Positions 15,505 to 26,051 of a stretch of DNA of 64,000 nt are shown piece after piece. This DNA comes from Elusimicrobia bacterium GWC2_61_19. GTDB lineage: Bacteria > Elusimicrobiota > Elusimicrobia > Elusimicrobiales > UBA9959. The stretch's first letter is position 1, and the number at the start of each line of letters is the position of its first letter. The notes under the pieces were generated by a model, which made no database searches, was not told the origin of the DNA, and worked only from the letters and a program-made list of their open reading frames with translations. Location: assembly GCA_001799795.1 (NCBI GenBank), contig MGUD01000025.1, forward strand, positions 75,414 through 139,413. The letters are read 5' to 3'. A program made the translations under genes and the position numbers.

Positions 15505-17424
15505 ATGCTGCTTTCATATTACCGGCGGCCTCTTTTTCTCATCCTCCTGCTTTACGCCGGCGGCATAGTCCTGTTCAGGGACGTCTTCGTGAGGCCGCCG
15601 CAGGCGCTGCCTTTCGCGCTGCCGCGCTGCGGCGTTCCGGTGGAGGGGCGCGTGGCGGAGTATCCGGCCGCCGTGCCGGGCGGCGTGCGGTTCACGCTTG
15701 AAACCGACAAGGTCTACGGGCGGCCTTTAAAGACCGGGCTCATGGTGTACGCCCGTTCCGCCGCGGCGGCCTCCTACGGGGACAGGGTTTCGCTGCTGGC
15801 GGACCTGGAAGCGCCGGGGGGCGCGGAGGTTCCCGGCGGCCTCGACTGGGCGGGGTATCTGCTGGACCGCGGGGTGATCGCGCAGGCCCGCGCCGTAGAC
15901 CTGGGGGTTTCAGGCCGCGCCAACGTTTTTATAAGGCTGGCCAGGCGGTTCCGTTACGGCGCCATGACCGCTTTCGAGACGGGGCTGCCGCCCGAGGCGG
16001 CGGCCGTGCTGGGCGGAGTGGTGCTGGGCGAGAAGAAGAGCGTCCCGCCGGCCCTGAAGGCCGATTTCCAGGACTCGGGCGCCATGCACCTGCTGGTGGC
16101 TTCCGGTTCCAACGTGGGGTTCGTGGTGGCAGTGGTTTATTTCCTGGCTTCCAAATTCGGCCTCAAAAGAAAATATGCGGGGCTGGCGGCCCTGGTGTTC
16201 GCCGGTTTTTATGTGACGGCGGCCGGGCTGGATTCGCCGCTGGTGCGCGCCTACCTGATGTTCTCGGCGGGGCTTTGCGCCTGGCTGCTCAAGCGCGAGG
16301 CGGGGGCTTTCCACGCGCTCACCGCCGCCTGCCTGCTCATCCTGCTGGCCGCGCCGCGCTATATTTTCGACGCCGGCTTTCAGATGTCTTTCCTTGCCGC
16401 TTACGGGCTCATAGTCGGCATGGCGCTTTGGGGCGGCTATGTAAAAAAGGGCGGCCTCCCGGGTAATGCTTACGGGCTCTTCCTGATGAGCTTCTTCGCG
16501 CAACTCGGCCTTTACCCGCTGCTGGCCCTGTATTTTCATAAAGTGTCGCTGGTCTCGCTTGTTTCAAATATGGTCCTGGTGCCTGCTTCCGGCGTGGCTA
16601 TGGCGCTGGGGTTCCTGCTGGCGGGCTTTTGCAAGGCCGGCGCGCTGTTCAAGCTGCTGTCTTTCGTCACGGGCGTATTTATGGCGGCGTTCGTCGGGAC
16701 CGTCAGATTTTTCGCCGACCTGCCGTTCTCTTCCGTAAGCGTTGCTTCGCCCTCCGTCTGGTTCATCGCCGGGTTTTCCGTACTGGCCCTGGCGCTGCTG
16801 CATGCCCCGCTGCTGGGCTTTAAGCGGAAGCGCCTTTACCTGGCCGCGCTTTCGGGCTTTGCCGTAATGGCCGTGGGACCGCTGACGGGGGCGCTGGCAC
16901 AGGGCGGGCCGCAGGTTTATAAGGGAGTTCTTTTCGGGGACAATAATACCTGCAGCGCGCTGGTCCAGGGCCCGTCGGGAGGGCTGTACCTGCTTAACCC
17001 GGGAATGAACGGGGAAAAGCTCGCGGCCTCGGTCTTTGACCGCGGCGCGCGCGGCCTTGAGGCGGTAATGCTTACTTCGCTGGAGGAGAAAAATTACAGC
17101 GGCCTTGCGGAACTGGCGGGCCGGGTTAAGATAAAAACCGTCTTTCTCCCTTATGGCCCGCGCCCGGCAGCGTTCAGGCGGCTGCTTGTCCGGCTTGAAG
17201 CCTCCGGTACGCGCGTGACCAGGGTCTGGCCCGGGGAAGCGCCGGAGGCCGGGGTAAATATCGCCTGCGGCTGGGAGGATAGCCCCGCCGGTTATACTGG
17301 AACTGCGGACAGGCTGCGGTGGAGCATAGGCGCCGTAACGCTGAGCCGTGAAGGGAAAAACGCGCGGGTCGAAGGGGAAGGGGCCGTGACAGAAGCTGTA
17401 AAAGGTAAAATAATCCGGATTTAA
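15505..17424 (+). CDS. comEC: ComEC/Rec2 DNA-uptake channel with degenerate metallo-beta-lactamase tail
   Basis: OB region, SGAMHLLVASGSNV, GFQMSF, multiple TMs. Confidence 0.88.
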   Translation: MLLSYYRRPLFLILLLYAGGIVLFRDVFVRPPQALPFALPRCGVPVEGRVAEYPAAVPGGVRFTLETDKVYGRPLKTGLMVYARSAAAASYGDRVSLLADLEAPGGAEVPGGLDWAGYLLDRGVIAQARAVDLGVSGRANVFIRLARRFRYGAMTAFETGLPPEAAAVLGGVVLGEKKSVPPALKADFQDSGAMHLLVASGSNVGFVVAVVYFLASKFGLKRKYAGLAALVFAGFYVTAAGLDSPLVRAYLMFSAGLCAWLLKREAGAFHALTAACLLILLAAPRYIFDAGFQMSFLAAYGLIVGMALWGGYVKKGGLPGNAYGLFLMSFFAQLGLYPLLALYFHKVSLVSLVSNMVLVPASGVAMALGFLLAGFCKAGALFKLLSFVTGVFMAAFVGTVRFFADLPFSSVSVASPSVWFIAGFSVLALALLHAPLLGFKRKRLYLAALSGFAVMAVGPLTGALAQGGPQVYKGVLFGDNNTCSALVQGPSGGLYLLNPGMNGEKLAASVFDRGARGLEAVMLTSLEEKNYSGLAELAGRVKIKTVFLPYGPRPAAFRRLLVRLEASGTRVTRVWPGEAPEAGVNIACGWEDSPAGYTGTADRLRWSIGAVTLSREGKNARVEGEGAVTEAVKGKIIRI

Positions 17425-17474
17425 GACGGGCACCGGCAGCCGCGCGGCGATATTTTAATTAGTATAATTTACCT

Positions 17475-19169
17475 ATGGAAACCCTTACCCCCAAGATGAA
17501 TTTCATCCGCGAGATCATAGACCGGGACCTGGAATCCGGCAAATTCGAAGGCCGCGTCCACACCCGTTTTCCGCCGGAACCCAACGGCTATCTCCATATC
17601 GGCCACGCCACCTCCATCATCCTCAACTCGGGCCTCGCCCGCGACTACAAGGGCAAGTTCAACCTGCGCTTTGACGACACCAACCCCTCCAAGGAAGAGC
17701 AGGAATACGTCGATTCCATCGTGGAGGACGTGAAGTGGCTGGGCGGCGACTTCGAGGACCGCCTGTTCTTCGCCTCCGATTATTTTCCGCAGATGTACGA
17801 CTGGGCCATGCAGCTGGTGAAGGCCGGCAAAGCCTATGTCTGCGACCTGACCCCCGAGGAAGTGCGCGCCCACCGCGGCACCCCCCAGGAACCCGGCAAG
17901 GATTCCCCGTTCAGGAACCGCTCCATCGAGGAGAACGCGGACCTGTTCGAGCGGATGCGGAAGGGGGAGTTTCCCGACGGCTCCCGCACGCTGCGCGCCA
18001 AGATAGACATGGCGCATCCCAACCTGAACATGCGCGACCCGGTGATGTACCGCATCCTGCACACCGAGCACCACCGCCAGGGTAATAAGTGGTGCATCTA
18101 CCCGATGTACGACTGGGCCCACGGCCTGGAGGATTCCATCGAAAGGATCACCCATTCCATCTGTACGCTGGAGTTCGAGGACCACCGCCCGCTTTACGAC
18201 TGGTACCTGGACCAGCTCGGCGTCTACCACCCGCAGCAGATAGAGTTCGCGCGCCGCACCCTCGGCAACACCATCACCAGCAAGCGCAAGCTGCTGGAGC
18301 TGGTCAAGGAGAATTACGTGGAAGGCTGGGACGACCCCCGCATGCCCACGGTCTCCGGTTACCGCCGCCGCGGCTACACGGCTTCCGCCCTGCGCGCCTT
18401 CTGCGACGAGATAGGTATTACCAAGGTGCCCGGCATCTCGGACATCTGGGTGCTGGAGAACGCCCTGCGCAACGAACTGAACAAGACCGCGCCGCGCGTG
18501 ATGGCCGTGCTGAAACCGCTCAAGGTGGTGCTCACGAATTACCCCGAGGGGCAGACCGAAGAGATGTGCGCGGTCAACAACCCGGAAGACGAGGCCGCCG
18601 GCACCCGCAAGGTGCCTTTCTGCCGCGAAATATACATCGAGCAGGACGATTTTAAGGAAGTGCCGCCCAAGAAGTTCTTCCGCATGACCCCCGGCACCGA
18701 AGTGCGCCTGCGCTCCGCCTATATCGTGAAATGCGAAAGCGTGGTAAAGGACGCCGCCGGCAATATCACGGAGGTGCATTGCACCTACGACCCCGCCACG
18801 CGCGGCGGGGACGCTCCCGACGGCCGCAAGATCAAGGGGACCATCCACTGGGTTTCCGCGCGGCACGCCGTGCCCGTGAAGGTGCGCCTCTATGACGCGC
18901 TGTTCACCAAGCGCAACCCCGACGACGTGGAAGAGGGGCACGATTACAAAGAGAACATAAACCCGGCCTCGCTCGAGATCATAGAGGAGGCTTTCCTCGA
19001 GCCTTCGCTGGCCCAGGCCGCTCCCGGCGCGCGGTTCCAGTTCGAGCGGCTCGGCTATTTCTTCGCCGACCCGAAGGATTCCAAACCGGGAGCCCCGGTG
19101 TTCAACCGCACCGTGACGCTGAAGGATACCTGGGCCAAGCTGGAGCAGAAGCCCGCCGGCGCGAAGTGA
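17475..19169 (+). CDS. glnS: Glutamine--tRNA ligase
   Basis: [43 protein letters not shown]. Confidence 0.97.
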   Translation: METLTPKMNFIREIIDRDLESGKFEGRVHTRFPPEPNGYLHIGHATSIILNSGLARDYKGKFNLRFDDTNPSKEEQEYVDSIVEDVKWLGGDFEDRLFFASDYFPQMYDWAMQLVKAGKAYVCDLTPEEVRAHRGTPQEPGKDSPFRNRSIEENADLFERMRKGEFPDGSRTLRAKIDMAHPNLNMRDPVMYRILHTEHHRQGNKWCIYPMYDWAHGLEDSIERITHSICTLEFEDHRPLYDWYLDQLGVYHPQQIEFARRTLGNTITSKRKLLELVKENYVEGWDDPRMPTVSGYRRRGYTASALRAFCDEIGITKVPGISDIWVLENALRNELNKTAPRVMAVLKPLKVVLTNYPEGQTEEMCAVNNPEDEAAGTRKVPFCREIYIEQDDFKEVPPKKFFRMTPGTEVRLRSAYIVKCESVVKDAAGNITEVHCTYDPATRGGDAPDGRKIKGTIHWVSARHAVPVKVRLYDALFTKRNPDDVEEGHDYKENINPASLEIIEEAFLEPSLAQAAPGARFQFERLGYFFADPKDSKPGAPVFNRTVTLKDTWAKLEQKPAGAK

Positions 19170-19179
19170 CCACCCATAA

Positions 19180-20022
19180 ATGAAACCCATAAAGAACGTA
19201 GCCATCTTTTACAACTCCAAACGCAGCCGCGCGCTGGCTTTCGCCGCCGCCATAGAGCGCAAACTGCGCGCGGCCGGGTCCGGTGTCCAGAAGATCTGCG
19301 TCAACGACGCCTACTGCAGCTTTAAGAAAGCGGACGCCGCGGTGGCCGTGGGCGGGGACGGGACGGTGCTTTACGCCGCGCGCCACGTTATAGACCGCGG
19401 CATCCCGGTGCTGGGGATAAACGCCGGCGGCCTGGGTTTCCTGAGCGGCATCGAACAGAAGGAATTCCTGAAAAGCGCCCCCGTGTTCCTGGCCGGGGGG
19501 TTCAGGAAGTTCAAGCGCAGCCTGCTGTCGGTGAGCGTACTGCGCGGCGGCAAGACCGTTTTCGGCCCGCTGCCGGCGCTTAACGACTGCGTCATACGCA
19601 GCCCGGAGTCGCGCGCCTTCACGCTGCGGGCCTCTTTCGGAACGCAGTTCCTGTCCGAATATTTCGGCGACGGCCTGATCATCTCCACCCCCAGCGGCTC
19701 CACCGCCTACAGCCTGGCCGCCTCCGGGCCCATAGTCATGCCGGACCTGGAACTGTTCCTGCTTTCTCCCATCTGCCCCCATACGCTGACGCACCGCCCC
19801 ATAGTGCTTTCGGCCGCGGAGGAGCTAAAAGTGGCGGTACAGGACGGGCGTTCGGGGCCGCAGGTGGTGTCGCTTTCCCTGGACGGGCAGGAAAATTTCG
19901 GCCTGCAGCCCGGCGACACGGTAGTGGTGGGCAAATACCCCCGCAGTTTCGAAATGCTGGCCCCCCAGGGGTTCTCTTATTTCGACATTCTGCGCCGCAA
20001 GCTCAGCTGGGGTGAAAGATAA
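19180..20022 (+). CDS. nadK: NAD(+) kinase
   Basis: GGDGT, GLGFL, LND, STPSGSTAYSL. Confidence 0.95.
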   Translation: MKPIKNVAIFYNSKRSRALAFAAAIERKLRAAGSGVQKICVNDAYCSFKKADAAVAVGGDGTVLYAARHVIDRGIPVLGINAGGLGFLSGIEQKEFLKSAPVFLAGGFRKFKRSLLSVSVLRGGKTVFGPLPALNDCVIRSPESRAFTLRASFGTQFLSEYFGDGLIISTPSGSTAYSLAASGPIVMPDLELFLLSPICPHTLTHRPIVLSAAEELKVAVQDGRSGPQVVSLSLDGQENFGLQPGDTVVVGKYPRSFEMLAPQGFSYFDILRRKLSWGER

Positions 20023-20038
20023 GGCCGCGGGGCTGGCT

Positions 20039-21688
20039 ATGCTCCAAAAACTTTCCATCAGGAACTTCGCCGTGATCGAAGCGCTCGACCTGGAGCCGGC
20101 GCCCGGGCTGAACGTTTTTACCGGCGAGACCGGCGCCGGCAAGTCCATCATAATTTCAGCGCTCGGCTTCCTGCTGGGTGAACGCTCCGGCTCCGATATC
20201 CTGCGCCCCGGCGCCGCGGAGGCGGCGGTGGAGGGGGCTTTCAGGGCGGAGAACCTGCCGCCGGCGCTGGCCGGCCGCTGGGCCGTTAAAGACGGGGTGA
20301 TCAAGATCCGCCGCCAGGCCGACCAGAAGGGCCGCACCAAGGCCGCCGTCAACGGCGCGCCCGCCACGCTGGCCCAGCTTTCCGAAATAGGCGGTTTCCT
20401 CGTGGACTTCCACGGGCAGAACGAACACCAGAGCCTGCTCAAGCCCGAGGTGCAGCGCGACCTGCTGGACCGCTACGGCAAGCTCGAGAAAGAGGTCAAG
20501 GCGGTGGCGGAGGTCTGGGGCGCCGCCCATTCGCTGGAAGAGGGCCTTAACGCGGTTTCCATGTCCGAGGACGAGCGGGCCCGCCTGCTGGACCTTTACC
20601 GCTTCCAGCTGGAGGAGATCGAGTCGGCCGGCATCAAGGAAGGCGAGGAGGAGGAGCTGGAAGCCCTCTGGCCGCGCCTCAAGAATTCCGAGAAGCTGTT
20701 CACTCTTTCCGGTGAAGCCCACGCGCTGGTGGACGACGCGGCCGGAAATGCGGAAAAGGCGCTGGAGAAGCTCAAAGGCCTGTCGGCTATAGACCCCGCG
20801 GCCGACCCTCTGACCGCGCGGCTGGCGGCGGCCGCCATAGAAATGCGCGACCTGTCCATGGAACTGCGCTCCTACGGGAAGGGCGTCCACTCGAACCCGG
20901 GGGAAGTGGACCGCTGCCTGTCCCGGCTGGAAAAATTCAAGAGTCTCAAGAAAAAATACGGCGCTGATATCCAGGCCGTGCTGGCCAAGGCCGCGGAACT
21001 GCGCGCCAAGGCCGCCAGCCTCGACGACATGACGCTGGACCGCTCCGAACTGGAGAAAAAACTGGCCGCCGCCAGGGCTAAACTGGAAAAATCGGCGCTC
21101 GCGCTGCACGACAAGCGCGCGGCAGCCGCCAAAAAACTTTCGGCCGAAATACTTAAAGAGGCGGAGGGCCTTGGGTTCAAGGAGGTGCGTTTCACCGTGG
21201 ACGCCGCCTACGACGAAAACGCCATCACTTCCACCGGCGGGGACTCCGTGGAATACCTCTTTACCGCCAACCCCGGTTACCCGCTGCGGCCGCTGCGCTA
21301 CACCGCCTCCGGAGGCGAAATGGCCCGCATCATGCTGGCGCTCAAGACCGCGCTTTCGCGGGCGGACCGCATTGGCGCCCAGGTGTTCGACGAGGTGGAC
21401 GCCGGGGTGGGCGCGGTAACAGGGCGCCTGGTGGGGGAAAAACTGGCCAAGCTGGCGGCCCACAAACAGATCTTCTGCATCACCCACCTGCCCCAGGTGG
21501 CGGCCTTCGGCGGCGCGCACTATTTCGTGGAGAAAACGGTCAGGAACGGCGTCGCCGCCGCCGCCGTGCGCCGCCTCGATGAGGCCGCCCGCGAGGCCGA
21601 GATCGCGCGCATGCTCGGCGGCAAGAAACAGTCCACGGACCTGGGCTTAAAACACGCCCGCGAGCTGCTGGCCGAGTCGGAAAAATAA
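20039..21688 (+). CDS. recN: DNA repair protein RecN
   Basis: TGETGAGKS, HGQNEHQ, ASGGE, FDEVDAG, ITHLPQVA. Confidence 0.97.
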   Translation: MLQKLSIRNFAVIEALDLEPAPGLNVFTGETGAGKSIIISALGFLLGERSGSDILRPGAAEAAVEGAFRAENLPPALAGRWAVKDGVIKIRRQADQKGRTKAAVNGAPATLAQLSEIGGFLVDFHGQNEHQSLLKPEVQRDLLDRYGKLEKEVKAVAEVWGAAHSLEEGLNAVSMSEDERARLLDLYRFQLEEIESAGIKEGEEEELEALWPRLKNSEKLFTLSGEAHALVDDAAGNAEKALEKLKGLSAIDPAADPLTARLAAAAIEMRDLSMELRSYGKGVHSNPGEVDRCLSRLEKFKSLKKKYGADIQAVLAKAAELRAKAASLDDMTLDRSELEKKLAAARAKLEKSALALHDKRAAAAKKLSAEILKEAEGLGFKEVRFTVDAAYDENAITSTGGDSVEYLFTANPGYPLRPLRYTASGGEMARIMLALKTALSRADRIGAQVFDEVDAGVGAVTGRLVGEKLAKLAAHKQIFCITHLPQVAAFGGAHYFVEKTVRNGVAAAAVRRLDEAAREAEIARMLGGKKQSTDLGLKHARELLAESEK

Positions 21689-21719
21689 CCAGCCCAGGCA
21701 GAGCACAAGGAATAACACC

Positions 21720-23162
21720 ATGGAAGTCAGGACCAGATTCGCCCCCAGCCCTACCGGCTACATGCATATAGGCAACCTCAGGACCGCGCTGTACGCGTAC
21801 CTGCACGCCCGCAAGAACGGCGGGAAGTTCATCCTGCGGATAGAGGACACCGACCAGGCGCGCCTGGTCGAGGACAGCGTGAAGGTCATCTATGAGAGCC
21901 TCAGGGTGACCGGCCTGGAGCACGACGAGGGCCCGGACAAGGGCGGCCCGGTCGGCCCCTATGTGCAGAGCCAGCGTCTGCCGCTTTACAAACAATACGC
22001 CGAACAGCTGCTGAAGGAAGGCCATGCCTACCGCTGCTTCTGCGACAAGCAGGAGAAGACGGAAGAACCCGGCGAAGAGGCCCACGACGGCCCCATCCTG
22101 GGGTACGACGGCCGCTGCAGCCGCCTCTCAGAGGCGGAAGTTCAGGCCAACCTGGCCAAGGGTATGCCTTATGTCATCCGTCAGAAGATAGACCACGAGG
22201 GCAAGACCAGCTTCAAGGATTTCGTGTACGGCGATATCGAAGTGGACCATAAGCAGCTGGACGACCAGATCCTGCTCAAGCGCGACGGCTACCCGACCTA
22301 TAATTTCGCCAACGTCGTGGACGACCACCTGATGGGCATCACGCACGTGATGCGCGGCTGCGAGTACATCTCCTCCACGCCCAAGTACATCCTGCTCTAC
22401 AAGGCCTTCGGCTGGGAGATCCCCGAACATATCCACCTGCCGCATATCCTGGGCGAGAGCGGCAAAAAACTCTCCAAACGCGAAGGCAGCGTGGCGCTGT
22501 CGGACTTCCTGAACAAGGGCTATCTGCCCGAGGCCATCCTAAATTACATCGCGCTGCTGGGCTGGAACCCCGGCACCGAGCAGGAGTTCTTCACCAAAGC
22601 CGACCTGATCGAGAAGTTCGATATCGCCAGGATCGGCAAGGCGCCGGCCATGTTCGATATGGTGAAGCTGACCTGGCTCAACGCCCAGCACGTGAAGGCC
22701 ATGAAACCCGAAGAGGCCCACGAGCTGTTCCTGAAGTTCTACCCCGAGAGGATCGTGAAAGGTTTCGACGCCAAAAAGCTCACCGGTTTTATCCAGGGCA
22801 AGGTGGAAAAGCTTTCGGATATCCCGCAGATGACGGCCTTCCTGGCGGAGCTCGACGAGAAGTATGCCGCGGAGCTGTTCGTGCACGCCAAGAACAAGAC
22901 CACGCTGGAGAGCAGTAAGGCCGCGCTGAAGGACCTCGAAGGCGTCCTTAACGCTCTGCCCGCCTGGGACTACGCCGGCATCCTGGCCGCCGTCAAAACC
23001 TACGCCGAAGCCAAGGGCGCCAAGCTCGGCCCGGTCATGTGGCCGCTGCGCATCGCCATCTCCGGCCAGGCCGTCACCCCGACCGGCGCCGTAGAAATAG
23101 CCGAACTCCTCGGCAAACCCGAAACCCTCCGCAGAATCTCTGTTGCTATTGGTAAATTGTAG
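21720..23162 (+). CDS. gltX: Glutamate--tRNA ligase
   Basis: RFAPSPTGYMHIG, RIEDTD, KLSKR, anticodon-binding domain. Confidence 0.97.
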   Translation: MEVRTRFAPSPTGYMHIGNLRTALYAYLHARKNGGKFILRIEDTDQARLVEDSVKVIYESLRVTGLEHDEGPDKGGPVGPYVQSQRLPLYKQYAEQLLKEGHAYRCFCDKQEKTEEPGEEAHDGPILGYDGRCSRLSEAEVQANLAKGMPYVIRQKIDHEGKTSFKDFVYGDIEVDHKQLDDQILLKRDGYPTYNFANVVDDHLMGITHVMRGCEYISSTPKYILLYKAFGWEIPEHIHLPHILGESGKKLSKREGSVALSDFLNKGYLPEAILNYIALLGWNPGTEQEFFTKADLIEKFDIARIGKAPAMFDMVKLTWLNAQHVKAMKPEEAHELFLKFYPERIVKGFDAKKLTGFIQGKVEKLSDIPQMTAFLAELDEKYAAELFVHAKNKTTLESSKAALKDLEGVLNALPAWDYAGILAAVKTYAEAKGAKLGPVMWPLRIAISGQAVTPTGAVEIAELLGKPETLRRISVAIGKL

Positions 23163-23208
23163 GCTCGTTATTTGTCGGCCTGCCGCGGGGATAGGGTTGT
23201 CAAAAACA

Positions 23209-23426
23209 CCCCTCCTCTCACTGCAGTGGCCTTCGGCCACCCAGTCGCCGCGCTTACGCAAGCGGCTCCTTCCGAGAGGGCCCGCCGAACCCATACCCTC
23301 GCCAACCCTCCGGCGCAAAACCTAGGCGGTTGGCGAGGGTATGGGTTCGGCGGGCCCTCTCGGAAGGAGCCGCTTGCGTAAGCGCGGCGACTGGGTGGCC
23401 GAAGGCCACTGCAGTGAGAGGAGGGG
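23209..23426. repeat. Perfect 99-bp inverted repeat (arms 23209-23307 and 23328-23426, 20-nt loop), REP/BIME/MITE-like
   Basis: Arms are exact reverse complements; a third partial copy lies at 23462-23480. Confidence 0.95.
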
Positions 23427-23622
23427 CGGGCACGGTGTGTCCCGACCCCGTGCCCGACGGGCCCATACCCTCGCCAACCCGACTACGCTACCCTGCGGTC
23501 TTAGCGCAAAACCTCAGGCTGTATACAGGGGGGGATATCCCTGCCGGCCCCTGTAACAATTTGGTTACATCTTTGAATCAAATCCTAAATAGAAGAATTG
23601 TAAACTTTCCTTAGTAAACCTT

Positions 23623-25920
23623 ATGAAATACTGGTTCTACTCGGAAGGCAACATACTCGGTCCCTATGAGCCGGCAGAAATGCTGGCCCTGCCCGCTTTT
23701 GCCGAGGAAAGCCTGGTTTGCCCCGAGACCGCCACCGGCGACAACCCCGGCGACTGGCGCCCCGCCACCCAGGTGGCCGAGATCGCTTCCGCCATGAGCG
23801 TGGGCGCGGGCCGCGTAGTTACCGCCGGCGTCATGGGCGGCGCCTACGAATACGAAACCGGCTTCAACGCTTCCGTCCGTTATTACGAAGACAAAGAACC
23901 CTCGGCCGGCGCCTCTTACGGGGACCTGCTCGACACCATAGACAACGTTCTCGGCGCCTACAAGGAGGGGAAAGAGAACCCCGTAGCCCCGGGTGAAACC
24001 GATTACGACCTGGCGGAGAAATTCGACATCCGCCTTTCGCGCATACAGGAAGAACTGGAAGCCGCCCGCTGGGAAAAGAACCTCCTCCTCGAAAAGATCC
24101 GCACCAAGGAGCTGGAGGAGAAGAAGAACCGCGAGCGCATAAACGACCTGGAGGCCCGCCTTAAAGGCGAGACCGGCCGCGCCGACCTCACCGCCCGCGA
24201 AGTGGAGCAGGTGCGCCACCTGTCCGACCTGAAGGAAAAAGCCGAGACCATCCGCAAGATAGAAGAGATCAAACGGGAAGAATTGTCCCTTATGGAGGAC
24301 GCGTCCCCTTCATCCGCCGCCGCTCCCGCCGCGCAAACTCCCGCCGCCGCCAAAGCGGAGCAGCCGGTCCCGGAGCTGGAAAGTAAAGCTTTAAAAAGTA
24401 TAGGCGCTTCGAGCGAAATAAAACTCGAAACTTCCCTGGGTGCGGAAGAGAAGGGCCCCTCCGACGACGCCGGCCTGACCAGCCGCAAATTCAGGAGCCT
24501 TGGCCAGACCCAGGCGCCCGCCTACGTTTATGGTTCCCATTATGACAAACCGCTGCCCGGGCCGGAGGCGGCCCCTCCCGGCGCTTTCAAAAGTTCTGAA
24601 GTCCCCTCGCCCTCGCCTGAGCCCGAGGCCGAGCCGCTGCCGCAGCAGGCCGGCGGCGTCGTTTATGATTTTACCGTAGTAACCGCCAAGTCCGACACCG
24701 CCCAGCAGTTTAAAATAGAGCCCCGCCACGAGGAGGTGCCTCCGGCGCAGTCCGTCAGGCAGGCCCCGGCCGCCCAGCCGCAGGCGGTAAAGCCGCCTAC
24801 CTACGATTTCGGCGTGCCCGCCCAGCAGCCCCAGGCTGCCCAGCCTCAGAGCATGGCCCAGCGCGGGTTCCAGTTCCAGCCCCAGGCGCAGCCGGTGTAC
24901 TATAACCCGGCGGCCTCGGCTCCCGCGCCCGCGGCAAGCCCGGCGCCAGCCGTTCAGCCGGCGGAAACGTCGCCGAAGGCGCAGCTCTCGGCTTCTGAGA
25001 AGAAAGCTCCCGCGGCCCCCGCAGATTCGCCCGATAAGACGCAGCGTATCCCGGTGCCGGTGGTAAAGGGGAAACCGGAAGCCAAGCCCCAGGATAAGCC
25101 GAGGAAGAAAGGCGGCAAGCTCGCCTTTATAGCCATACTTGTGATCTTCGGTTCCATAGCCGCCGGCGGCCTGGGCTACTTCTTTATGGGCGAGGGCGTC
25201 AGCTTTTCTGAATTCTCCATGCTTAACCTGGGCGGGAAGAAAAAAAGCACGGCCATGACCAGCCAGCTTGAGACGAAAGAGCCGGAGGCCAAGGCCGAAC
25301 CCGCCGAAGGGCCGCAGCCTGCGGCCGCCGAACAGCAGACGCCCTCCGCACAGCCGGCGCTCCAGGCCGTCCAGCCGCAGCCGGCCCAGGAGCCGGAAAA
25401 GCCGGTCAACGAAAATATCCGCAAAGCCCTCGAGATAGTAAAGGATTACAAGCTTTCCGGCGGCCGCGGCACGATAGCCACCTGGTTCGCCAACTCTTTC
25501 CTTTCCGGTTCCGCCGGCGGTTCCAACGAAGAGTGGACGGCCACGCCGTTGCACGGGGATATCCTGGTGGTGCAGTACCGCCTGCTCAGGCCCAAACAGG
25601 ACCCGCTGATCTACCAGTTCGAAGTCGACGCCGCCAAACAGGATATCGTGCGCGGCATAAACAACAGCGCCATAGAACTCCTGGACCTCTCCGCCGGGGA
25701 AAAGAGCGCGGCCGCGGTCACCGCCAAAAAACCGGCAGCCAAGCACAAGGTCAGGAAGCCCTCGCGCCCTAAAGAGGTGCCCATACTGCCCCTGCCCGAC
25801 GCCCCCGAGGCCGTCGCCAGCGGGGAACCGGAACCCACGGGTTTCGAGAACGCGCAGGCCGAGGGGTCGGAACAGGTAAAATATCTGAAAGCCCAGGAGT
25901 CGGACGAAGAGCTTTTCTAA
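23623..25920 (+). CDS. GYF_2 (DUF4339)-like domain, coiled-coil, Pro-rich linker, single-TM protein
   Basis: YWFYSEGNILGPY…LVC…WRPA N-terminus; KKGGK followed by a TM; C-terminal exported domain. Confidence 0.75.
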   Translation: MKYWFYSEGNILGPYEPAEMLALPAFAEESLVCPETATGDNPGDWRPATQVAEIASAMSVGAGRVVTAGVMGGAYEYETGFNASVRYYEDKEPSAGASYGDLLDTIDNVLGAYKEGKENPVAPGETDYDLAEKFDIRLSRIQEELEAARWEKNLLLEKIRTKELEEKKNRERINDLEARLKGETGRADLTAREVEQVRHLSDLKEKAETIRKIEEIKREELSLMEDASPSSAAAPAAQTPAAAKAEQPVPELESKALKSIGASSEIKLETSLGAEEKGPSDDAGLTSRKFRSLGQTQAPAYVYGSHYDKPLPGPEAAPPGAFKSSEVPSPSPEPEAEPLPQQAGGVVYDFTVVTAKSDTAQQFKIEPRHEEVPPAQSVRQAPAAQPQAVKPPTYDFGVPAQQPQAAQPQSMAQRGFQFQPQAQPVYYNPAASAPAPAASPAPAVQPAETSPKAQLSASEKKAPAAPADSPDKTQRIPVPVVKGKPEAKPQDKPRKKGGKLAFIAILVIFGSIAAGGLGYFFMGEGVSFSEFSMLNLGGKKKSTAMTSQLETKEPEAKAEPAEGPQPAAAEQQTPSAQPALQAVQPQPAQEPEKPVNENIRKALEIVKDYKLSGGRGTIATWFANSFLSGSAGGSNEEWTATPLHGDILVVQYRLLRPKQDPLIYQFEVDAAKQDIVRGINNSAIELLDLSAGEKSAAAVTAKKPAAKHKVRKPSRPKEVPILPLPDAPEAVASGEPEPTGFENAQAEGSEQVKYLKAQESDEELF

Positions 25921-26051
25921 GGAGCGGGTGAATAGCCGCGCGCCGGCGGCGGCTTGTCGGCATGACGGGAACTATTTAGTAAGATATATAAACATCGCAC
26001 AGGGCGGATAGTCGCCCCGGTACGCTGAGCGCCGGTCACTTTCCCAATTAT

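Noticed and set aside
23209-23515. Possible CRISPR array
   Set aside because: Repeats are inverted, with no regular repeat-spacer periodicity and no cas genes
23143-23614. Short ORFs with identical peptides on both strands
   Set aside because: Artefacts of the 99-bp inverted repeat
25995-26040. Possible c-di-GMP-I riboswitch before pilB (CGCACAGGGC), and GCGCAAAACC near 23505
   Set aside because: Lacks the GCAAA…GAAA tetraloop stem…GACGCAAA architecture
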